DNA of 63,927 nucleotides, filler included, from Chlamydiia bacterium (GTDB taxonomy: Bacteria > Chlamydiota > Chlamydiia > Chlamydiales > FEN-1388): NCBI GenBank assembly GCA_903848235.1. It is 9 parts of 9 records of this genome, joined end to end, with 100 filler letters (N's around TTAATTAATTAA, not from the genome) between each part and the next. Parts side by side here need not be neighbours in the genome. Positions count along the whole stretch, not along the records: positions 53,331 to 59,982 come from CAINFV010000056.1; positions 60,083 to 62,081 come from CAINFV010000059.1; positions 62,182 to 63,927 come from CAINFV010000060.1; 6 more parts are not named here. The stretch is one strand, 5' to 3'. The position numbers were made by a program, and so were the translations under genes. Of this stretch, positions 57,850 to 63,927 are shown piece after piece. The notes beneath the pieces are model-generated. The model ran no database searches. It saw nothing but the letters and a program-made list of their open reading frames with translations, and was not told the DNA's origin. Every line of letters begins with the position of its first letter. Position 1 is the stretch's first letter.

Positions 57850-59766
57850 ATGTCGCTATCTAAGTCGCTGTTGCCGCTGTTTTTTTCCCTTACGCTCTCT
57901 GTCAGCTGGTTACTCGGGGCTCCCGCAGTAACACTGGTAAGCCCGAACTTCGGGCCTGCTGCTGGAGGAGAGACCGTCACCATTACAGGAACTGGGTTTA
58001 CTGGCGTGACCGATGTGAAATTTGGTCCGACGTCGGGAACAATCGTCACTAGTTCTGACACGCAGATTACCGTACAAACACCACAGTCCGTTCCAGGAAC
58101 GGTGCATATTTCTGTCACAGTAGGGGCGGACACCTCTCCTACCACACCAGCAGATCGGTATACCTACCAAGGAAATTGGTTCGCCTATGTAGCTGGCTCA
58201 TACAGGCCGATACAGTCTCCCTCCACGCCCACGGCCTGGTACATAAACCTTGCCAACAACCAAATCGAGGGGGACATCACTCTTTTACAACAAGACGCCC
58301 CCCTGGGAATCGCCATTACACCAGATGGAAGGACCGTGTATGTTGGAGATCAGAGCAGCCAGGAAAAAGCAGCACAACCTAAAGGTACAAGCACATACGT
58401 AAATGCTATTGATGTCATTCTCAACACACCTACGGCTATTGAATGCAATGGTCACCTGAATAGCCTTTTTGTCGCAATTTCCCCAGACGGCACGACTGTT
58501 TACCCAACTTTCGGTGGTGAAAATAAAGTTGGTTTAATCGATGTTGCCACGCAGACCCTCACAGGAACGATCTCTTCTACAGGAGACAACCCAACAGGCA
58601 TTGCCATTTCGCCTAATGGAAAAAAAATCTATGTTGCAGATGGCGGAGGACCTTCTGTCACTGTTTTTGAGGAAGGAGTCTTCTCAAAAACTATTCATCT
58701 ATCCGGCCGCCCAACTCTCATTGCTATTACCCCAGACGGAAGCGAGGTATATGTAACTGCTAACTCTAACCAAATATATGTCATTGACACCTTGTCAGAT
58801 GAACTGAAGCAGACTATCACTATACCTGGAATCCACAACTTTAGGGGAATAGCCATCTCCCCGGACGGCAGATTCGTGTATATATGTGATGCCGATTCAA
58901 CGAACGTGTACCAAATTAACTGCTCCACAAAGCAAATAGAAAATACCATCGATTGCGACGCGTCATATCCTCGAGGAATTTTCATCGCTCCAGATGGGAA
59001 AACAGCATATGTTGTTGTCAACAACGACTTGCTTCCACGAACATACGCCGTCAAAGTCATCGACCTCACACAAAATCCACCTGTGGTCGTAGATACGATT
59101 TCCTTTCCGGCCACCGATTCATTTAATCAAATTTCCATCACACCAGACCCATCACCTGCTGCTGAGTTTTCGGTTACCGTTGGCGCAGCAGGATCACCGA
59201 CGGCTTTTGATGCGTCACGATCTGTAACGGCGGTTGGAACGGTCGTCCAGTACGTTTGGAATTTTGGCGATGGCTCGCCAGAAGAGACAACAACAGCGCC
59301 CACGGTTTCCCATACCTACGCTCAAGGGGGAACATACACGGTAGGCCTGACGGTAACAAACTCCGCAGGAACCTCCGTGGCACAAACGTTCACTGGCCAG
59401 ACGGTCAGCAATAACGGTTCGTTTGACAATGCTCATTTCGAACAGGTTATCACCATCCAATCGTCTTCCAGCCTCAAACGTCCTCACCATTTCCGTGGGA
59501 AGATCCATAAACATCATCACCACCTGAAACTAACAACAGAGTGGAAGCGAAGCCACTCATCAGGAAAGGTCAAGTATCAAATTTTTGAAGACCACAAAAA
59601 GATCTACACCACAAAAAAACTTCACTTCAAAAAGAGCCTGCATCCAAAAGACTATTACAAAGATCACCTCCACGACTATAAGAAGTTCCTCGAGCACCGC
59701 TATAGCGTTCGCGCTGTTAACCCCGCTGGTGCTAAAAGTCCATTTACCCACCTAGACATGGAGTGA
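57850..59766 (+). CDS. Exported IPT/TIG + YVTN/YncE beta-propeller + PKD-domain protein with basic C-terminal domain
   Basis: Signal peptide; GPAAGGETVTITGTGF; repeated IAI(T/S)PDG..VYV; WNFGDGS...HTY...G.YTV.LTVTN; AAGGAGG RBS. Confidence 0.9.
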   Translation: MSLSKSLLPLFFSLTLSVSWLLGAPAVTLVSPNFGPAAGGETVTITGTGFTGVTDVKFGPTSGTIVTSSDTQITVQTPQSVPGTVHISVTVGADTSPTTPADRYTYQGNWFAYVAGSYRPIQSPSTPTAWYINLANNQIEGDITLLQQDAPLGIAITPDGRTVYVGDQSSQEKAAQPKGTSTYVNAIDVILNTPTAIECNGHLNSLFVAISPDGTTVYPTFGGENKVGLIDVATQTLTGTISSTGDNPTGIAISPNGKKIYVADGGGPSVTVFEEGVFSKTIHLSGRPTLIAITPDGSEVYVTANSNQIYVIDTLSDELKQTITIPGIHNFRGIAISPDGRFVYICDADSTNVYQINCSTKQIENTIDCDASYPRGIFIAPDGKTAYVVVNNDLLPRTYAVKVIDLTQNPPVVVDTISFPATDSFNQISITPDPSPAAEFSVTVGAAGSPTAFDASRSVTAVGTVVQYVWNFGDGSPEETTTAPTVSHTYAQGGTYTVGLTVTNSAGTSVAQTFTGQTVSNNGSFDNAHFEQVITIQSSSSLKRPHHFRGKIHKHHHHLKLTTEWKRSHSSGKVKYQIFEDHKKIYTTKKLHFKKSLHPKDYYKDHLHDYKKFLEHRYSVRAVNPAGAKSPFTHLDME

Positions 59767-59794
59767 TCATCACTTCCTGATCTCCTGCTGTATG

Positions 59795-59829
59795 CCTCAA
59801 CCCTTATCCGCTCTGGATAAGGGTTGAGG
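59795..59829. terminator. Stable hairpin downstream of the surface-protein gene
   Basis: CCTCAACCCTTATCC-GCTCT-GGATAAGGGTTGAGG, 15-bp perfect stem without a U-tail. Confidence 0.55.
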
Positions 59830-59982
59830 ATCTATACCTCTTCTTATTCAATTTTTCAACATAGCCCAAGTTCAGCGACCTCCTCTCTAAGATCGCGATG
59901 AAGTTTGATGGATTCGCCACTACATTTTGAAATTCACAAAATTATTTTTTGCGACTTTAGAATTTGGGGCGACATCCCCAAG

Positions 59983-60082
59983 NNNNNNNNNNNNNNNNNN
60001 NNNNNNNNNNNNNNNNNNNNNNNNNNTTAATTAATTAANNNNNNNNNNNNNNNNNNNNNNNNNNNNNNNNNNNNNNNNNNNN
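59983..60082. other. Artificial contig linker
   Basis: N44-TTAATTAATTAA-N44. Confidence 0.99.
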
Positions 60083-60517
60083 ATCGGCGCTATTGGTGCT
60101 GCAGAGACGCATCTGATTGTCTTAGAGAACCCACAGCTTATATCAAAGCGTGTCCTTGAAAAAGGGCTTGATGCACAGACCGCTTTTGAAATCCTGTCGA
60201 TTGATATTGCTGATGTGGTGATAGGTGAAAATATTGGAGCCAAACTTCGTGCTGACAAAGCAGAGTCTGACAAGCGCATTGCCCAAGCGAAAGCTGAAGA
60301 GCGACGAGCAATGGCCGTTGCCATGGAACAAGAAAACAGCGCGGAGGTAAAGGCAAAAGAGGCGAAATTAATCGAAGCTCAAGCGGCAATACCACATGCC
60401 ATGGCAGATGCTTTAAAGAATGGGCGTCTTGGCGTGATGGACTATTATCGCTTAGAAAACCTCCAGGCTGATACGAAGATGCGTAAAGATATTGGACGCC
60501 CGGTAGAAGGGGCATAG
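60083..60517 (+). CDS. floA: Flotillin-like protein FloA (UPF0365), 5' partial
   Basis: [39 protein letters not shown]...[10 protein letters not shown]...GVMDYY. Confidence 0.92.
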   Translation: MGAIGAAETHLIVLENPQLISKRVLEKGLDAQTAFEILSIDIADVVIGENIGAKLRADKAESDKRIAQAKAEERRAMAVAMEQENSAEVKAKEAKLIEAQAAIPHAMADALKNGRLGVMDYYRLENLQADTKMRKDIGRPVEGA

Positions 60518-60523
60518 CGACGA

Positions 60524-60895
60524 ATGGAAAAGGTCTTTGGAGATTTCTTCGAGTTCATTGTATTTTTGGTTGTGTTTGTTTTCCTCTTGTTTCCAAGGAA
60601 GAAGAAAAGGCAAACACATCAAGAAGAAGAGCCTCAGAGCTTATCTCAGACAGTCTCTCCTCCGCAGAGCCCTTTAAAGGAAGGCCTTCTCTCTGCAGTT
60701 GAGCTGCGCTCGTCAGTTGAAAAAGGTGAAGTTCAGTCTGAGATAGAGACGCGTCATCTCCATGGACTGTTGCTAGAGGGCGCGTCGAACACAGCTGTCC
60801 CTCATGGCCATGGCAAAAGGATGAAGGGCAGGCAGCTTCTTCTTTCATATGAGGCTTTTTCGCTTCCACTCTCACTACGGCCTCCTCGGGTATGA
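60524..60895 (+). CDS. Hypothetical membrane-anchored protein (YqfB-like position)
   Basis: N-terminal TM, low-complexity middle, C-terminal SYEAFSLPLSLR; directly after floA. Confidence 0.6.
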   Translation: MEKVFGDFFEFIVFLVVFVFLLFPRKKKRQTHQEEEPQSLSQTVSPPQSPLKEGLLSAVELRSSVEKGEVQSEIETRHLHGLLLEGASNTAVPHGHGKRMKGRQLLLSYEAFSLPLSLRPPRV

Positions 60896-61578
60896 GGAGG
60901 CTCCTGGCGGATCGGCTGAAGGCGGTTCAGGAGAGGATGCGAGATGCTCTTGTGCAGGCACACCGTCCTGAAGATAGCGCTCGTCTTGTCGCTGTTACCA
61001 AATATCAGCCTATAGAGCTCCTTCTGGAGCTGTATGCTCTTGGGGTACGAGAGATGGGAGAGAGTAGAGTTGCGGAGGCTCTTGTGAAGATGGAGCTTCT
61101 TCCTCGTGATATCTCGTGGCATCTCATAGGTACATTACAGCAAAATAAAGTGCCGAAGGTCGTTGGGAATTTTTCATATATTCATTCTGTAGATTCAATG
61201 GATCTTGCCAGGAAGCTCTCTGCAAAAGGTGAGGAGATAAAGATAGATATTCCTGTTTTTGTGCAGGTAAATCCTCTCGGTGAGATGACAAAACATGGGT
61301 TTTCGTGTGAAGGGCTCGTAGATTTGGTGGGGGAGATGTCGTTATTGCCGTCTCTTTCTATCAGAGGGCTGATGACCATGGCTCCGCGACTTGAGTTAGG
61401 AGAAAAGGCAGTACATCAAACCTTCGGCCGCCTCCAAGAGCTTTTTTTTGATCTTCAGTCAACGGTGTTCTCCGGTGCTTCGGATTTTAGGGAACTCTCT
61501 ATGGGGATGAGTCAAGATTTCGAGATTGCAATTCGCTATGGGGCAACGGTAATCAGGGTAGGATCTCTTCTGTTTTGA
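60892..61578 (+). CDS. yggS: PLP homeostasis protein YggS
   Basis: LVAVTK, GESRV, WHLIGTLQ.NK, HSVDS, GLMTM, LSMGMSQD, IRVGS. Confidence 0.95.
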   Translation: MRRLLADRLKAVQERMRDALVQAHRPEDSARLVAVTKYQPIELLLELYALGVREMGESRVAEALVKMELLPRDISWHLIGTLQQNKVPKVVGNFSYIHSVDSMDLARKLSAKGEEIKIDIPVFVQVNPLGEMTKHGFSCEGLVDLVGEMSLLPSLSIRGLMTMAPRLELGEKAVHQTFGRLQELFFDLQSTVFSGASDFRELSMGMSQDFEIAIRYGATVIRVGSLLF

Positions 61579-61658
61579 CGAGGTAGACAGGTTCGGAATC
61601 CGATGACGGTTTTTTGTTTACTGACCCACTCAGCTCCTTACATAAGTCGTTAGCTCTG

Positions 61659-61715
61659 GAGGCTTTTGCAAAACTAGTGGCCGAGCAGAGCGCGCCCGCT
61701 AGTTTTGCGAAAGCC
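61659..61715. repeat. Internally deleted family B palindromic element
   Basis: GAGGCTTTTGCAAAACTAG...CGAGCAGAGCGCG...CTAGTTTTGCGAAAGCC; arms and a 13-bp internal block shared with 39809-39971. Confidence 0.8.
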
Positions 61716-61725
61716 ACTTTGGGTT

Positions 61726-62081
61726 TTAGATTTCAAAGAACAGGTCTACTCGAATCTTACGAATCGGATCGTCAACTGTTACCGTCACGATTCCAATTCC
61801 TTGGTCATCAATCTGGTGAATGACACTTCCATCATCGGGAATTGTTTTGCGAGGATCTATTTCACCAGGGAAAAGTTCGACACCTTCTTCCTCGTCTTGA
61901 CAGAGAAAAAATCGATTTCTCGCGTAGTTTTGACGTAATGTCGAAGGCGCTTGTTGGGAAAAGGTATAATGAAATATCTCCCCCGTGTATCGATTCCGCC
62001 CAACGGTGACCACTCCTTTTTCAAACCGTCGAGAGTCATCATACCACGTAGCTTCACTGGGAAGGTAGTAGCTCTCCTTAA
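61726..62081 (-). CDS. Hypothetical protein, C-terminal part (5' lost at contig end)
   Basis: Frame open from the contig edge (KESYYLPSEATWYDD...) to the stop at 61726. Confidence 0.45.
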
Positions 62082-62181
62082 NNNNNNNNNNNNNNNNNNN
62101 NNNNNNNNNNNNNNNNNNNNNNNNNTTAATTAATTAANNNNNNNNNNNNNNNNNNNNNNNNNNNNNNNNNNNNNNNNNNNN
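62082..62181. other. Artificial contig linker
   Basis: N44-TTAATTAATTAA-N44. Confidence 0.99.
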
Positions 62182-62258
62182 AAAAACCCTACCTTCCATA
62201 ATATAACAAATTAAGCAAAGTATACTTTACTTAAACGGCAAATTCAGGAGAAGTAGAC

Positions 62259-63713
62259 ATGAGGGTGCCCAAGGAAGAGCTCTTCACTATCCTTTCCCAG
62301 TTCAATCCCTGGTGGAGGGGGGAAAAAGTCCCGGATCTACCTACATGGTGCCGAGCGATTTTTCGTGAATTGCTGCTATGGATAGAAAATCCACCTGCAG
62401 CAAGAGCCGTCTTGCTCTCAGGCCCAAGACAGGTAGGGAAAACCACCCTCTTACTCCAAACAATTCAAAAACTCGTTGAATCTGGAGTTCCTCCCGCCAA
62501 TATCCTCTATGCAACATTCGATCATCCAGTCTTAAAGCTTGCAGGCCTTGACACAGTTTTGGAAGCCTGGCGGGAACTCGAACCCAAGGCTGAAGGACCT
62601 GAATACTTATTCCTCGACGAAGCCCTGTTCATTAAAAACATAGAAACTTGGGTTAAACATGAGATAGATTTCTTCAAGACAAGGCGAATTGTATTTACTG
62701 GTTCCGCGACACCACTCCTGCAAGCCGATCAAGAATCCGGTGTAGGACGTTGGCATTCACTGCGCATATCAACTCTTTCATTTTATGAATATCTACAGAT
62801 CAGGAAGACTAATCTCCCAAGCATTCCTCAGGTATCCTCAGTGGCTGAACTATTTGAATACAACTCTTCAGAACTATATAAACTGACCGAGGCTACCATC
62901 CCTCTCATAGGACATTTTCACGAATATCTCGTCCGGGGAGGCTTCCCTCAAACAGCACTTGTAGACAGCATTACACAAGCTCAAAAACTTCTCAGAGAAG
63001 ATATTATTGAAAAAGTTCTAAAACGAGACATGACAGCACTGTTTGGCGTACGGAGAATTCTCGAACTTGAACTGCTGTTCATATACCTTTGCATGCACGA
63101 CGGAGGAATTCAAGACACAACAACCATTGCCAAAGAATTGGGCATCGCCAAACAAACAGTACACAATTTTATCGATCTTTTGGAATCCACCTACCTCATC
63201 TACCGTCTTCCCACATTTGGGTATGGAAAGGAAGTGCTCCGCGCAAGGAATAAAATCTACCTCACTGATCCAGCAATCGCCCCAGCAATCCTATTGAAAG
63301 GCAAAACGATACTCGAGGATTCACATGCACTTGGCCAATGTGTTGAGACAGCCATTATTGGACACCTCTTCTCACATTGCTCATCTCGCCAAGCTCGATT
63401 CAGCTACTGGCGCAGTCACAAGGAAAAAGAGGTTGATTTGATTGTGGAGATGAATGGAACTCTCATCCCTTTTGAAGTTAAATACCAGTCACAACACATT
63501 CAGGAGCGAGACGTACCTGGACTCACTGATCTGTGCAGGCAAAAACCATCCATTCAAGAAGCCTATGTACTAACAAAAGCGCCACAGGATATAGGCAAAA
63601 TGGAAACCGCATCGACTGACACAAGATACGCGCGTATTCCTGCAGCTTTGTTCTGTTATTGGCTTGGTGCTGCCGACTTCGCCCAGAAAAACATCTTGCT
63701 GCGTTCGCCCTAG
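62259..63713 (+). CDS. AAA+ ATPase (AAA_14) with DUF4143 / PD-(D/E)XK-like C-terminus
   Basis: GPRQVGKTT, LFLDE, TGS, GGFP, KIYLTD, YWR...EVD...PFEVK. Confidence 0.9.
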   Translation: MRVPKEELFTILSQFNPWWRGEKVPDLPTWCRAIFRELLLWIENPPAARAVLLSGPRQVGKTTLLLQTIQKLVESGVPPANILYATFDHPVLKLAGLDTVLEAWRELEPKAEGPEYLFLDEALFIKNIETWVKHEIDFFKTRRIVFTGSATPLLQADQESGVGRWHSLRISTLSFYEYLQIRKTNLPSIPQVSSVAELFEYNSSELYKLTEATIPLIGHFHEYLVRGGFPQTALVDSITQAQKLLREDIIEKVLKRDMTALFGVRRILELELLFIYLCMHDGGIQDTTTIAKELGIAKQTVHNFIDLLESTYLIYRLPTFGYGKEVLRARNKIYLTDPAIAPAILLKGKTILEDSHALGQCVETAIIGHLFSHCSSRQARFSYWRSHKEKEVDLIVEMNGTLIPFEVKYQSQHIQERDVPGLTDLCRQKPSIQEAYVLTKAPQDIGKMETASTDTRYARIPAALFCYWLGAADFAQKNILLRSP

Positions 63714-63719
63714 GACGGA

Positions 63720-63772
63720 TGCTCGGGGCCGGACTCGAACCGGCACGGGGTTGCCCCCAGGGGATTTTAAGT
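63720..63772 (-). pseudogene. 3' half of tRNA-Leu(TAA); probable integrase att site
   Basis: Minus strand ACTTAAAATCCCCTGGGGGCAACCCCGTGCCGGTTCGAGTCCGGCCCCGAGCA = anticodon loop, variable arm, T-arm and acceptor 3' strand; no D-arm or 5' acceptor strand upstream. Confidence 0.8.
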
Positions 63773-63927
63773 TCGAAGTCCCTTCAGAACATCACGTACT
63801 ACTGCCTGACAACACAGAGAGAAAGACACCCAGCTTCTAAAAATAAAATCACCGCACCCAATACATAAGAGCTGGATTACCCTCGTGGAAAGGTACCTAA
63901 GAGTGAAACTAAAGACAGTAAGAGATT

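Noticed and set aside
2942..62181. Eight identical N44-TTAATTAATTAA-N44 blocks that look like a repeat family
   Set aside because: Artificial contig-joining linkers; ORFs crossing them and gene adjacency across them have no biological meaning.
63720..63790. Group I intron in tRNA-Leu(UAA)
   Set aside because: The anticodon loop CTTAAAA is intact in the fragment and the base before AAAATCC is T, not the terminal G expected for a group I intron.
1..63927. CRISPR array or cas genes
   Set aside because: No regularly spaced direct repeats with unique spacers were seen; TnpB is IS-associated here.

Overview
Fragmented draft or metagenome-assembled genome of an environmental Chlamydiae-like bacterium. 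The lineage is inferred from gene content: DUF2608, the dcd / DivIC-like / tandem CNNM block, a BamD-like plus LptE-like pair, mqnP-ubiX, nqrB and many orphan effector-like ORFs. The window is nine contigs joined by artificial 100-bp linkers (N44-TTAATTAATTAA-N44), so gene neighbourhoods are valid only within a contig. It is mostly housekeeping genes (class II fba, rsmA, RsmB-like, lnt, rmuC, tal, folE, TrmH-like, ABC-F, ComF, nqrB, YitT, ubiA/ubiX, LOG, cysteine desulfurase, PP2C, MazG, lon, rhomboid, dcd, floA, yggS), plus three tRNAs, SRP RNA and one tRNA-Leu 3' fragment (probable att site). Mobile DNA is abundant: two IS200/IS605 TnpB right ends, an IS1634-like element, an IS66 element with ~60-bp TIRs and a possible IS1111 end. 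The most unusual signal is a set of sequence-divergent palindromic intergenic elements. Two complete copies are both 163 bp and a third reconstructs to 163 bp. All have AG...CT ends and a central CATAG...CTAT(G/A) hairpin, and they nest into each other, form chimeras and leave solo arms at stop codons. Other leads are a signal-peptide-bearing PARG-like protein with a degenerate catalytic loop, a basic C-terminal domain shared by two IPT/TIG surface proteins, and a 755-aa orphan with a permuted papain-like His...NC motif. All calls come from reading the sequence; no database searches were run.
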